NCBI GenBank assembly: GCA_037137455.1 | Contig: JBAXKG010000004.1 | Span: 36,127-100,126, forward strand | Length of the DNA: 64,000 nucleotides | Origin: Bacteroidota bacterium | GTDB lineage: Bacteria; Bacteroidota; Bacteroidia; Bacteroidales; FEN-979 | Reading direction: 5' to 3' | In this document: one piece after another, positions 40,601 through 49,466 of the stretch | Numbering within the stretch: the first letter of the stretch is position 1 | How the letters are laid out: every line of letters begins with the position of its first letter | Notes under the pieces: model-generated | The model's input: the letters and a program-made list of their open reading frames with translations, nothing else | Database searches by the model: none | What the model was told of the DNA's origin: nothing | Translations under genes and position numbers: made by a program

Positions 40601-40857
40601 AGCAAAATCCCATCGGGGCGCTCCTTCTCAATTACCTTTTCAACAAACTGAGGTGTGACAGGAAGGAAATAAACTTTGTCGGCAATCTCCTCAGAAGTTT
40701 GAATAGTGGCGATGTTAGGATTGATCAGGATTGTAATAATACCTTCTTCCTTCAGCGCTTTCAAAGCCTGCGACCCGGAGTAGTCAAATTCGCCGGCCTC
40801 CCCTATTTTGAGGGCGCCGGAACCCAGCACAAGTACTTTATTTATCTTTTGGATCAT
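37639..40857 (-). CDS. carB: carbamoyl-phosphate synthase large subunit
   Basis: 1072 aa. Duplicated ATP-grasp halves and a C-terminal MGS-like domain. Overlaps carA by 20 nt. Confidence 0.97.
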   Translation of the reverse strand: MIQKINKVLVLGSGALKIGEAGEFDYSGSQALKALKEEGIITILINPNIATIQTSEEIADKVYFLPVTPQFVEKVIEKERPDGILLAFGGQTALNCGVALYKSGILEKYKVLVLGTPVETIIQTEDRDLFSKMLHDIEVGTPRSIAVTSLSAAKTAAMAIGYPVIIRAAYTLGGQGSGFCTNEMELETLAANAFSYSGQILVEESLKGWKEIEYEVVRDRYDNCITVCNMENFDPLGIHTGESIVVAPSQTLTNIEYYKLRELSIKVIRHLGIIGECNIQYALNPDSEEYRVIEVNARLSRSSALASKATGYPLAFVAAKLGLGYGLHELKNSVTKVTTACFEPSLDYIVCKIPRWDLSKFTGVSKQIGSSMKSVGEIMSIGRTFEEVIQKGLRMIGQGMHGFIGNKELRVENLEQELANPTDTRIFVIAQAFAEGYSVDRIWELTRIDKWFLYRLKNIYDTGLVMAAINDLTSIPYDLLLDAKCLGFSDFQLAKLVGKREKSEIEQDMLIVRAYRKKLGIMPSVKNIDTLAAEYPAQTNYLYLTYNGNEHDVIFPDDRLSVIVLGSGAYRIGSSVEFDWCSVNTLNTVKSAGFRSVMINYNPETVSTDYDICDRLYFDELSFERVMDIVELENPKGVVVSMGGQIPNNLAMRLHKQNVAILGTSPVDIDNAEDRHKFSSMLDKLDIDQPRWKEMTNLDEIYDFASQVGFPLLIRPSYVLSGAAMNVVSNNSELEYFLTLAANVSKEHPVVVSEFIQEAKEIEMDAVAREGEIVAYAISEHVEFAGVHSGDATIVFPPQKIYVETIRKIKRVAREISSSLNISGPFNIQFLAKDNDIKVIECNLRASRSFPFVSKVLKINFIDIATRVILGIPFTKPDKSMFDIDYIGIKAPQFSFSRLQKADPVLGVDMASTGEVGCIGDSFYEAILKAMLSVGYRIPEKNIMVSSGPTKSKTVLLECCHQLHQKNYSIFATRGTADFLASNGIPSTILHWPDEEATPNVMEYIQNRRIDLVVNIPKNLSKHELDNDYSIRRSAVDYNIPLITNPNLAAAFIMAFCKIKPGEIEIKSWDEY

Positions 40858-41992
40858 GTAAAATTCCGGATTTGAATTTCCTTACCATATTAAAAAAATC
40901 GTTGAATAAGAACCGCGTATCTGTAGGGCCACCTGAAGCTTCGGGATGAAACTGGGTCGAAAAAAAAGGTTTGGTTTTATGGCGGATACCTTCATTGGTA
41001 TGGTCGTTGAGGTTTATAAAAAGCGGTTCCCAATCGGCCCCGAGAGTTGTATTATCAACAGCGAAACCATGATTCTGTGAAGTGATGTATGCCTTGTTTG
41101 TGCCTGCTTTCAATACCGGCTGGTTATATCCCCGATGGCCATATTTTAATTTATATGTATTTGCACCTCCGGCCAAAGAAAGCAGTTGATTCCCAAGGCA
41201 AATACCAAAAATGGGCCGGTCCTGCTGAATTGCTTTTTTCAAATGCCGTATTGTAACAGAACATCGCAGCGGGTCGCCCGGCCCATTGGATATCACCAAA
41301 CCATCATAGTCTTCATTAATAAAATCATAATCCCATGGAACCCTGATCACGATGGCGCCCAGGCTGAGAAGGCATCGTATTATGTTATTTTTTACCCCGC
41401 AATCGACCATCATAATACGGATATGCTCCAGTTCCGATTTATAACTTTGAGGCATGGAGGCATGAATTCCTGCAGAGATATTTTTTCCAGCATAGATCAT
41501 AGGTTCCTTGCAGCTCACCAGATCAACCAGGTTTTCCTTATTTGGGTCGTACATTTCAATTTCAAACGGATCCTGTTGCACCAGTTTCCCTAACATGGTA
41601 CCCCGTTCGCGCAGCAGTTTGGTAAGGGAGCGTGTATCGATACCGCAGATACCAGGCACATTGTGTTCCTTTAACCAGTCAGACAAACTGTCAAGCGCGT
41701 TCCAATGGCTGTACTCTGCAGAATAACCTGCAACAATCAAACCGGAGATATGAACCTGATCGGACTCGAAATATTTTGAAAGTTGTTCCTTGATAACCCT
41801 GCCAGGCACACCATAATTTCCAATAAGTGGATAGGTCAATACAAGAATCTGGCCTTTATAGGAAGGATCGGTAAGACTTTCGGGGTAACCTGTCATAGCC
41901 GTATTGAAAACTACTTCACCGGCAGCAGCTCTTTGAGCCCCGAATGATCGACCTTTAAAACATGTACCATCATCCAATATAAGTTGCGGCAT
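40838..41992 (-). CDS. carA: carbamoyl-phosphate synthase small (glutaminase) subunit
   Basis: GICLGNQLL catalytic Cys and FSTQFHPEA His-Glu region. Confidence 0.95.
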   Translation of the reverse strand: MPQLILDDGTCFKGRSFGAQRAAAGEVVFNTAMTGYPESLTDPSYKGQILVLTYPLIGNYGVPGRVIKEQLSKYFESDQVHISGLIVAGYSAEYSHWNALDSLSDWLKEHNVPGICGIDTRSLTKLLRERGTMLGKLVQQDPFEIEMYDPNKENLVDLVSCKEPMIYAGKNISAGIHASMPQSYKSELEHIRIMMVDCGVKNNIIRCLLSLGAIVIRVPWDYDFINEDYDGLVISNGPGDPLRCSVTIRHLKKAIQQDRPIFGICLGNQLLSLAGGANTYKLKYGHRGYNQPVLKAGTNKAYITSQNHGFAVDNTTLGADWEPLFINLNDHTNEGIRHKTKPFFSTQFHPEASGGPTDTRFLFNDFFNMVRKFKSGILHDPKDK

Positions 41993-42015
41993 TTTCCCAG
42001 AATTAACACCGGATA

Positions 42016-43317
42016 TTAATTCACTAATAATTTCCCGGTTGAAATTCGTTGTTCGTTATCAACAGTGATCATATAGATTCCGGGAAAAAGATTGGCATCA
42101 AACGTCGCCCTTGGCAGATCATTAACTTTTTGTTCTCTCATTAATTTGCCGTTAATATCAAAGATTCTGATAATCGATGTAATAGTAAGGTCGCTTGATT
42201 CGATATTTAACAATCCACCTGTGGCAGGATTTGGATATATCTTCAATCCGGAACTACCCTTTATGGTATTGATACCAGTATTCCCCGCCAAAAAAGCATT
42301 CAGGGCAGCGGTTGGTTTTCCATCGGACCCCCAACAGCTTAATTGATATCCGCTCCAGCTTTTTGCGCCTTCAGGCTCCCAGTAAATAACACCAAGTCCC
42401 ATATTGCCGGGAACGGCCTTTACTTTATTAATAACTGCCACCAGCATATCGTAGGTATTTTGCACCTTAAGATAATCTCCCCCGACTTCAACGACCATCA
42501 CCTCCTTCGAATACCTTGAAGCCATGTCGATCAGGTTATTTCCCAGGTCGTTTATTGTTACTTTGTAGTCACTGCCTAACCAGTACGGATAATAGGATAA
42601 TCCGATAACATCGTACTTCACTCCATTGGTCAGGGCATTATCATAAAACCATCTGCATCTGATGTTATTATTTCCCTGATCGATGTGAACTATTACTTTA
42701 ATAGTATGATCAACAGCTTTGGTTGCATCATAACCCTTGTTTAGCAATTGGGCGAGTTGTCCCCAATTTGATGTGCTTCCATCGGGCCATAACATTCCTC
42801 CGATTATTTCATTTCCTATCTGAACCCATTCAGGGGTTACCCCGGCCGATTTAAGCGCCATCAGAACATCTGTTGTATGATCATACAGATCGGTAAGCAA
42901 TTTAGTGAAACTGTGGCTTGCCCATGCTGCCGGTTTGGTTTGTTTGCCGGGATCAGCCCAGGAATCACTGTAATGAAAATCAATCATTATCCGCATTCCC
43001 ATGCTTTTTGCCTTAACGGCCATAGCAACTACTTCATCTTTAGCGCAATGACCATTTGTTCGATCGGAAGATGGATTCACCCATACCCGGAGACGAATGG
43101 TATTTATACTATGCTCTTTGAGAATTTGCAGGCAATTTTTTTCTGTTCCCGTGCTGTCATAAAATTTATAACCCGTAGCTTCCATTTGTGATAGCCATCC
43201 CACATCTGCTCCTCTAACAAATTGAGCATATGCATTCAGGTAAAAAGATGAAAAAATAATCATCAATAAAGTGACAAGAATGGTTCCATTGAAAAAAAAT
43301 AATGATGATTTTTTCAT
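42016..43317 (-). CDS. GH53 arabinogalactan endo-beta-1,4-galactanase with T9SS C-terminal sorting domain
   Basis: GADVGWLSQME, VQIGNEIIGGMLWP, MVVEVG. C-terminal tail LKIYPNPATGG...GKLLVN. ATG 43317 (MKKSSLFFF) preferred over 43425. Confidence 0.85.
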   Translation of the reverse strand: MKKSSLFFFNGTILVTLLMIIFSSFYLNAYAQFVRGADVGWLSQMEATGYKFYDSTGTEKNCLQILKEHSINTIRLRVWVNPSSDRTNGHCAKDEVVAMAVKAKSMGMRIMIDFHYSDSWADPGKQTKPAAWASHSFTKLLTDLYDHTTDVLMALKSAGVTPEWVQIGNEIIGGMLWPDGSTSNWGQLAQLLNKGYDATKAVDHTIKVIVHIDQGNNNIRCRWFYDNALTNGVKYDVIGLSYYPYWLGSDYKVTINDLGNNLIDMASRYSKEVMVVEVGGDYLKVQNTYDMLVAVINKVKAVPGNMGLGVIYWEPEGAKSWSGYQLSCWGSDGKPTAALNAFLAGNTGINTIKGSSGLKIYPNPATGGLLNIESSDLTITSIIRIFDINGKLMREQKVNDLPRATFDANLFPGIYMITVDNEQRISTGKLLVN

Positions 43318-43362
43318 ACCTGAATATTCCCGTTTAAGACAAAAACAATCTGTTTTCACATT

Positions 43363-43370
43363 CAAATTTA
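43363..43370 (-). promoter_or_regulatory. -7 promoter box TAAATTTG (minus strand) for the GH53 gene
   Basis: The reverse complement of caaattta, 46 nt upstream of ATG 43317. Confidence 0.35.
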
Positions 43371-43405
43371 CAAATATTCTAAAGATATGCTCCTCTAAAA
43401 AACTG

Positions 43406-43413
43406 TAACTTTG
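43406..43413 (+). promoter_or_regulatory. -7 promoter box TAACTTTG for the M14 peptidase gene
   Basis: Exact TAnnTTTG overlapping TTG 43411, which supports ATG 43438 as the true start. Confidence 0.45.
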
Positions 43414-43437
43414 AACCCCGGACATATAAACACCACA

Positions 43438-46400
43438 ATGAAAAAACTATTAATACTTGTAATGATCATTTTTACAACTGTTTTTGGGTTTGCGAATGAT
43501 GAGAAATATTCAAAAGTTAAAATTTATACAGATGGAACAGGATTAAAGAAGTTGGCGGCACTCGGATTAGCTGTTGATGAAGGGATTTACCGGAAAGACC
43601 AATATTTTATTTCTGATTTTTCGAAAAAGGAACTTGATATAATTCGTTCCAACGGTTTTAATGTAGATATTCTTGCAGATGACGTAGTGGCCGAATATCT
43701 GAAAAAAAACGAGGAATTTGTCAACAAACCGATGGCCGGAGATCCAAAATTATCGCTTGAATACCCTGTTCCTGATGAGTTTCAGCTTGGCTCGATGGGA
43801 GGCTTTTGTACATTGGAACAATTTGTCGGGCATCTTGATAACATGTTTGCACATTATCCTGATTTGATAACCCCGAAAACATCCATTGGTCTTTCCATTG
43901 AGAATCGTCCGATCTATATGGTAAAATTATCTGGCGCTTCCAGTCAAAAAGGTCCAAAGCCACAGGTTCTTTACACCGGTATGCATCATGCCCGTGAACC
44001 CATTGGCATGATGCACCTGCTTTTTTACATCTATTATCTGCTGGAAAATTATAGTACCAACCCTGAAATAAAATATCTTGTTGATAATACCGAAATGTTT
44101 TTTATTCCCATAATGAATCCCGACGGATATAAATACAATCAAACTTCGAATCCTTCAGGTGGCGGAATGTGGCGGAAAAACAGGCACAACAACGGAGATG
44201 GAAGTTATGGCGTGGATTTGAACCGCAACTATGGATATATGTGGGGTGGTGAAGGTTCATCAGGCTACCCGGCTGATGAGATTTATCGAGGTACAACTCC
44301 TTTTTCCGAAGCTGAAAATCAAGCAGTTAAAAATTTTTGCGAAAGCAATAATATCAGAATTGCACTCAATTATCACTGTGTCTCCAGCCTGTTGCTTTTT
44401 CCATGGGGATATACCGATACCGAACTTCCAACGGACTATGCTCTGTTCAGAGATCAGGCAGAATTGATGACTGCCGACAATCATTATGCTTTTGGCCCGG
44501 GCGCCACAACTATTTATGTTACTTCAGGCGGATCGGATGATTGGATGTATGGTGAACAGACCACCAAGAAAAAGATTCTTTCGTATACACCTGAAGTCGG
44601 TGGAAATGGTTTTTGGCCGGCAATGAATGAAATTATCCCGCTTTGCCAGGAGAATATGCTACAAAGTTTATTAGCAGCAAAGTTTGTCTCCAATTGGGGC
44701 TCATTAAAAGATAGAACCCCGGCAATCATTTCTCAAACTACCGGGTACCTGAAATTCAGTTTAAGTCAGTTGGGACTGGATTCAAACAGATCATTTTCTA
44801 TTTCCATAACACCTCTGGGCAATGAATTTACAACCATCGGCGATCCGGTTATCGTTGGCGGAATAATTCCCGGAGAAACGGTAATAGATTCCATTCCCTA
44901 CATTTTAAATCAATCGATTCAAAGCGGAGCCACCCTTTCCTATATTTTAAAATTAAATGACGGTTTCATGGTGCGGGAAGATACTGTTACCAAGATCTTC
45001 GGGCCACAAAATTTTATATTTAATGATCTGTGCAGTAACCTTGATAACTGGACATCCACAGGTTGGGGAGTTACTACTTCCACTTTTCATTCAGCGCCAG
45101 CCTGTATTACCGATTCTCCCAATGGTAATTATAAGGATAACACCAACAAATCCATTACCCTTGCCAATACTGTTGATTTGACTGCAACCACCTGTGCGGA
45201 ATTGAATTTCTGGGCTAAATGGGATATCGAAGAGGGCTACGATTATGTACAGGTGAAAATTTCGACAGACGGAGGTTCGACATGGACTGCTCTTGCCGGC
45301 AATTACACTCATCCGGCAACATCGTGGCAGGTTCAGGGCGAACCTGTTTATACCGGAACACAAAGTTCATGGGTCATGGAAAACATCGATCTTACGCCAT
45401 ATTCAGGAAATACGATAAAACTAGGTTTTACTCTGGTCAGTGATGATAAGGTAACCGGCGATGGTTTTTACTTTGACGATGTTTCAGTGATCACCATTGG
45501 CGCCCCCGCAGGGCATATGATAAGTGGTCTCATTTCATATCCGAATGCTTTTGCCACACCACTTTCGGAGGTTCAGGTAAATTTAAAAAATAATATTGGC
45601 TCCATCATTGCAACCTCCTCTTCAAATCAAAACGGAAATTATTCCTTTAACGGGATCGGCAATGGGTCCTATTCCATCGAAGCCGGTACTAATAAGAGTT
45701 GGGGCGGGGTAACGGCATTGGATCTCCTTTTGTTTCAAAAACACATTGTAAACATTGCTCCTTTATATGGAATTTTTCTTGCTTCCGGTGATGTAAACGG
45801 TGACGGAAGTCTGACAGCTGGTGATATATTGCTGATCCGTAAACGTATTGCTTCAATAATTAATTCTTTTCCGTCAGGTGATTGGCTCTTCAATCCATTG
45901 CCAGTTATAGTGAACGGGAACAACGTGGTGAACAGTTTCAACGGATTGACCTATGGCGATGCAAATGGTTCATATAAACCCGTATCTGATAAAAACACGA
46001 ATCCTTTGGTAACAGAGGAAGGCAGCCTCACAATCGGGTCATTTGAGGCGACATCAGGGCAACTCGAGGTTCCTGTTTACGCAGATGACATGACCAATCT
46101 GGGCTCATTCCAGTTCACCATACGATTTGACCCGGAGACTCTTGTTTTTAAGGATATTACAAGCGTTTACCCTGGTTTGGAATCAGTTCTGGTCGGATGC
46201 CCCGAACCCGGGATCCTTACATTTGTTTGGGCAGCAGATGAAAACGGACTAAACATAACACATGAGAAGCTTTTCTCACTCAGGTTTATTTCCGGATCCA
46301 ATAATCCCTCCGGTTTAAACTTCTCCGATGCCCCGACTTCAGCAGAGTTCAGTTATTTCGATGGAAACCTGTTTTCGCCCTTACTCAATTCAGGAAAAAT

Positions 46401-46683
46401 TGGCAATACCAGAAAAATAGTTGAAATGGCCGGTGATGAATTTAGTGTTTTTCCCAATCCGGGTCATGGAGTGTTCGGGATCATTTCAAACAGAAATAAA
46501 GATGCTGTAATTAATGTTAAAGTAACTGACCAGATGGGAAAAGTGGTTTATGTTCAAAAGGGAATTATCATCAATGCAAATATCAATCACCCGGTCAACT
46601 TAAGCTTCCTGCGCGGAGGTATCTACATTCTTTTTATCGAATACAATAAACAATCTTTTATTAAAAAGATCATCATTCTGTAA
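43438..46683 (+). CDS. modular secreted M14 zinc carboxypeptidase (M14 + jelly-roll/MAM-like + CarboxypepD_reg-like + dockerin-like + cohesin-like + T9SS CTD)
   Basis: HHAREPIG, NRNYG and YHCVSSLLLFPWGY for M14. GYDYVQVKISTDGGSTW. GDVNGDGSLTAGDILLIRKRI for dockerin. LEVPVYADDMTNLGSFQFTIRFDPETLVF for cohesin. FSVFPNPGHG...KKIIIL for the T9SS tail. Confidence 0.8.
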   Translation: MKKLLILVMIIFTTVFGFANDEKYSKVKIYTDGTGLKKLAALGLAVDEGIYRKDQYFISDFSKKELDIIRSNGFNVDILADDVVAEYLKKNEEFVNKPMAGDPKLSLEYPVPDEFQLGSMGGFCTLEQFVGHLDNMFAHYPDLITPKTSIGLSIENRPIYMVKLSGASSQKGPKPQVLYTGMHHAREPIGMMHLLFYIYYLLENYSTNPEIKYLVDNTEMFFIPIMNPDGYKYNQTSNPSGGGMWRKNRHNNGDGSYGVDLNRNYGYMWGGEGSSGYPADEIYRGTTPFSEAENQAVKNFCESNNIRIALNYHCVSSLLLFPWGYTDTELPTDYALFRDQAELMTADNHYAFGPGATTIYVTSGGSDDWMYGEQTTKKKILSYTPEVGGNGFWPAMNEIIPLCQENMLQSLLAAKFVSNWGSLKDRTPAIISQTTGYLKFSLSQLGLDSNRSFSISITPLGNEFTTIGDPVIVGGIIPGETVIDSIPYILNQSIQSGATLSYILKLNDGFMVREDTVTKIFGPQNFIFNDLCSNLDNWTSTGWGVTTSTFHSAPACITDSPNGNYKDNTNKSITLANTVDLTATTCAELNFWAKWDIEEGYDYVQVKISTDGGSTWTALAGNYTHPATSWQVQGEPVYTGTQSSWVMENIDLTPYSGNTIKLGFTLVSDDKVTGDGFYFDDVSVITIGAPAGHMISGLISYPNAFATPLSEVQVNLKNNIGSIIATSSSNQNGNYSFNGIGNGSYSIEAGTNKSWGGVTALDLLLFQKHIVNIAPLYGIFLASGDVNGDGSLTAGDILLIRKRIASIINSFPSGDWLFNPLPVIVNGNNVVNSFNGLTYGDANGSYKPVSDKNTNPLVTEEGSLTIGSFEATSGQLEVPVYADDMTNLGSFQFTIRFDPETLVFKDITSVYPGLESVLVGCPEPGILTFVWAADENGLNITHEKLFSLRFISGSNNPSGLNFSDAPTSAEFSYFDGNLFSPLLNSGKIGNTRKIVEMAGDEFSVFPNPGHGVFGIISNRNKDAVINVKVTDQMGKVVYVQKGIIINANINHPVNLSFLRGGIYILFIEYNKQSFIKKIIIL

Positions 46684-46733
46684 AAGACAACTCATTCCTG
46701 AAAAAGGTGTTGATTGATTTCCTTTACGGAATT

Positions 46734-48002
46734 TCATCGCAACAAGGTCACTGTTCCTTTATTGCTGAATTCAATTTTATTTTCTTTATCGTAGTAATAA
46801 ATTATCCAAACATATACACCTTCAGTGCATAATTCGCCGGTGTTGTTCGTTTTTCCATTCCAGGACAGGTTGATATCGTTTGTATTGAAAACCATCTGCC
46901 CCCAGCGATTGTAAATTTTAATATTATAATTTGTAATGGCAGAGGAGGGAAGCCCCATGATTTCGAATGTGTCGTTTTCCCCGTCGCCATTGGGTGTAAA
47001 GGCATTGGGGATCGGGGGAACAACGGTAACGGTAATTGTACCTGAGAAGGTTTCACCGCTACAAAGTACCGCGGTGACTTTGTACATGGTGGTTTCGTTA
47101 GGAGTCACCACAACAGTTGAATCCCAGGAAAAGGGTTCAGTACTGGAACCTTCGTACCATCGGTATTCGATTTTATCATCGGGTGTGATTGAAATTAAAT
47201 TATAATCAATAATTGAATCAGGAGTATATATAGTTTGTGTGACATTGGGTACGAACCGCCATGCCTCTTTGTTTGCTTTCCATAAAGAATTGCTTTTATA
47301 GGGACTAGCCACACATCCTTTGGAAAAAGTTACACTTTCATTCAAAATCCCTAATGTCGCTTTTCCCTGGAATTCAGGAGTTTCACATATTGGTTTGTTT
47401 GAAATGTGAGTTTCGATAATATTTGTCGTCTCATTCAGTATGATTTGGAAAGTGACGGTTAAATCATTGCATACATACATGGGGCATTGACACCACATGA
47501 CAACTAATTTTCTATTTGGCATCTGACCAATTGTATCAAAATAAATATATGGGCTTCCAGAGCCTTTAGGAGATAAAGCGACAAAAGGGCCGAGGATACA
47601 ATTTCTTGGAATTAAATCACTGTTGAAATCTGGAATCGTTAAAGGCGGAGTGCGAACCCCTATAGCTTGACGGTTCGGGCTAAAGCTGATCCATCCATTA
47701 GCCCCAATATAAAATTGATTATATATTTTTCCAAAAAAAGAAAAATTAAAAAGAATGTCCAAGGTATCTGATACACCATTTTCAGAAATTTGCACTCCTG
47801 TGCCAATTTTTCCATATTTCGCTGTCAATGTCACCGGCACACCGGGATTAATTGTAGCGGATTGTGGGGTTACAACGAGCTGGGCGAAAAGAGCCGATGG
47901 AAGGAGGAAAAAAATAAGTGACAAGTGACAAATGACAAATGACAATTTAAATCGTCCTGAATGGTTGTTTGTCAAGAGTATATTTCGAAGGCTTCTCATC
48001 AA
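46734..48002 (-). CDS. T9SS type-B (gliding-motility-associated) C-terminal-domain surface protein
   Basis: C-terminal PNAFTPNGDGENDTFEI...WNG...GVYVWIIYY motif. N-terminal signal-like segment. Confidence 0.7.
   Translation of the reverse strand: MMRSLRNILLTNNHSGRFKLSFVICHLSLIFFLLPSALFAQLVVTPQSATINPGVPVTLTAKYGKIGTGVQISENGVSDTLDILFNFSFFGKIYNQFYIGANGWISFSPNRQAIGVRTPPLTIPDFNSDLIPRNCILGPFVALSPKGSGSPYIYFDTIGQMPNRKLVVMWCQCPMYVCNDLTVTFQIILNETTNIIETHISNKPICETPEFQGKATLGILNESVTFSKGCVASPYKSNSLWKANKEAWRFVPNVTQTIYTPDSIIDYNLISITPDDKIEYRWYEGSSTEPFSWDSTVVVTPNETTMYKVTAVLCSGETFSGTITVTVVPPIPNAFTPNGDGENDTFEIMGLPSSAITNYNIKIYNRWGQMVFNTNDINLSWNGKTNNTGELCTEGVYVWIIYYYDKENKIEFSNKGTVTLLR
47916..47945. repeat. tandem heptamers AAGTGAC x2 + AAATGAC x2 (+AA), inside the 5' end of the minus-strand CDS
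   Basis: Read directly. On the coding strand this is TTGTCAT TTGTCAT TTGTCAC TTGTCAC, encoding ...SFVICHLSL. Confidence 0.9.
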
Positions 48003-48092
48003 AATACGATTACAATAAAGGGATTCGGAGAATTTTCAGTTTGGGATTTTGACATTGTCAGGCAAATATCCAGAATTTATCTGAAATAATTT

Positions 48093-48100
48093 TACTTTTG
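48093..48100 (+). promoter_or_regulatory. -7 promoter box TACTTTTG upstream of glyA
   Basis: Exact TAnnTTTG 59 nt upstream of ATG 48159. Confidence 0.35.
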
Positions 48101-48111
48101 TTCCTCGAACC

Positions 48112-48135
48112 ACGTTTATTAAGTAAACGTTTTTT
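48112..48135 (+). promoter_or_regulatory. AT-rich hairpin plus T-run in the glyA leader
   Basis: ACGTTTA-TTAAG-TAAACGT followed by TTTTT, between the -7 box and the glyA ATG. Confidence 0.3.
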
Positions 48136-48158
48136 AATCTCCCAAATTTTAACTTGTT

Positions 48159-49439
48159 ATGAAAAAAGACAGCGCCATTTTCAGGATCATCAAAAATGAA
48201 TTGGATCGGCAAACCAGCGGGCTGGAGCTTATCGCATCTGAAAACTTCGTGAGCGACCAGGTGTTAAAGGCCATGGGATCGTGCCTTACAAACAAATATG
48301 CCGAGGGTTATCCCGGGAAACGCTACTATGGCGGTTGTCAGAATGTAGACGAATCGGAACAATTAGCCATCGATCGCGCAAAGGAATTATTTAACGCCGA
48401 CTGGGTGAATGTACAGCCTCATTCGGGCGCACAGGCCAACATGGCTGTTTTGATGACCTGCCTTAAACCGGGCGATACCTTTATGGGATTGGATCTTTCA
48501 CATGGCGGACACCTCTCTCATGGCTCTCCGGTGAATTCATCCGGGATCCTCTATAAAGCAGTTGCATACCAGGTTGAACAAGAGACGGGGGTTATTGAGT
48601 ATGATAAAATGGAAGAAAAGGCGCTGGCTATAAAACCCAGGCTGATCATTGCGGGCGCATCGGCCTATTCACGTGACTGGGATTACCGCCGGATGCGGAA
48701 AATAGCCGACAGCATCGGGGCATTGCTTTTGGCCGACATCGCTCACCCGGCCGGATTGATCGCACGGGGCTTGTTAAACGACCCTCTGCCCTGGTGCCAT
48801 ATTGTGACCACCACTACCCACAAAACCTTACGCGGACCGCGTGGCGGTATGATCCTCATGGGTAAAGATTTCGAAAATCCATGGAAACTGACCACACCGA
48901 AGGGCGAAATAAAAATGATGTCACAATTGCTTGATTCAGCTGTTTTCCCCGGAATCCAGGGCGGACCGCTTGAACATGTGATTGCTGCCAAGGCTGTTTC
49001 ATTCCTTGAAGCCCTTTCGGATGAATACATGGATTATGTTCTGCAGGTAAAGAAAAATGCAGCAGCCATGGCCAAAGCATTTACCGACAAAGGCTATCAT
49101 GTCATCTCGGGCGGAACTGACAATCACCTGATGCTTATCGATCTCAGGACAAAATTTCCGGATATCACGGGAAAACTGGTCGAAAATACCCTGGTTAAGG
49201 CCGATATAACTGTGAATAAGAATATGGTGCCTTTTGACAGCCGCTCTCCGTTCCAAACCTCAGGATTGCGGGTTGGCACCCCGGCTATTACGACCCGCGG
49301 ACTGAAGGAAAAACATATGCCGAAAATCGTGAACCTGATCGATGAGGTTATCAGCGATATCGAAAACGAAGCAAAAATTGTGAAGGTACGCGGGAAAGTA
49401 AACGAAATGATGGCGGAGTTTCCGCTTTTTGCATACTGA
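48159..49439 (+). CDS. glyA: serine hydroxymethyltransferase
   Basis: [17 protein letters not shown]-lysine motif. 426 aa. Confidence 0.97.
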   Translation: MKKDSAIFRIIKNELDRQTSGLELIASENFVSDQVLKAMGSCLTNKYAEGYPGKRYYGGCQNVDESEQLAIDRAKELFNADWVNVQPHSGAQANMAVLMTCLKPGDTFMGLDLSHGGHLSHGSPVNSSGILYKAVAYQVEQETGVIEYDKMEEKALAIKPRLIIAGASAYSRDWDYRRMRKIADSIGALLLADIAHPAGLIARGLLNDPLPWCHIVTTTTHKTLRGPRGGMILMGKDFENPWKLTTPKGEIKMMSQLLDSAVFPGIQGGPLEHVIAAKAVSFLEALSDEYMDYVLQVKKNAAAMAKAFTDKGYHVISGGTDNHLMLIDLRTKFPDITGKLVENTLVKADITVNKNMVPFDSRSPFQTSGLRVGTPAITTRGLKEKHMPKIVNLIDEVISDIENEAKIVKVRGKVNEMMAEFPLFAY

Positions 49440-49466
49440 TTGATAAATTATAGAATTAATAATTTT

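Noticed and set aside
43411-43437. N-terminal extensions from non-ATG or upstream starts in the ORF track (43411, 49440, 6801, 7986, 36082, 17125, 43425, 21187)
   Set aside because: In each case a downstream ATG gives a canonical N-terminus: a signal peptide, MKK..., or a conserved family start. In several cases a -7 promoter box overlaps the upstream candidate start.
48101-48158. ZTP, THF or glycine riboswitch upstream of glyA
   Set aside because: The putative leader is only about 50-60 nt and AT-rich. That is too short for those aptamers, and I could not recognise their conserved cores.
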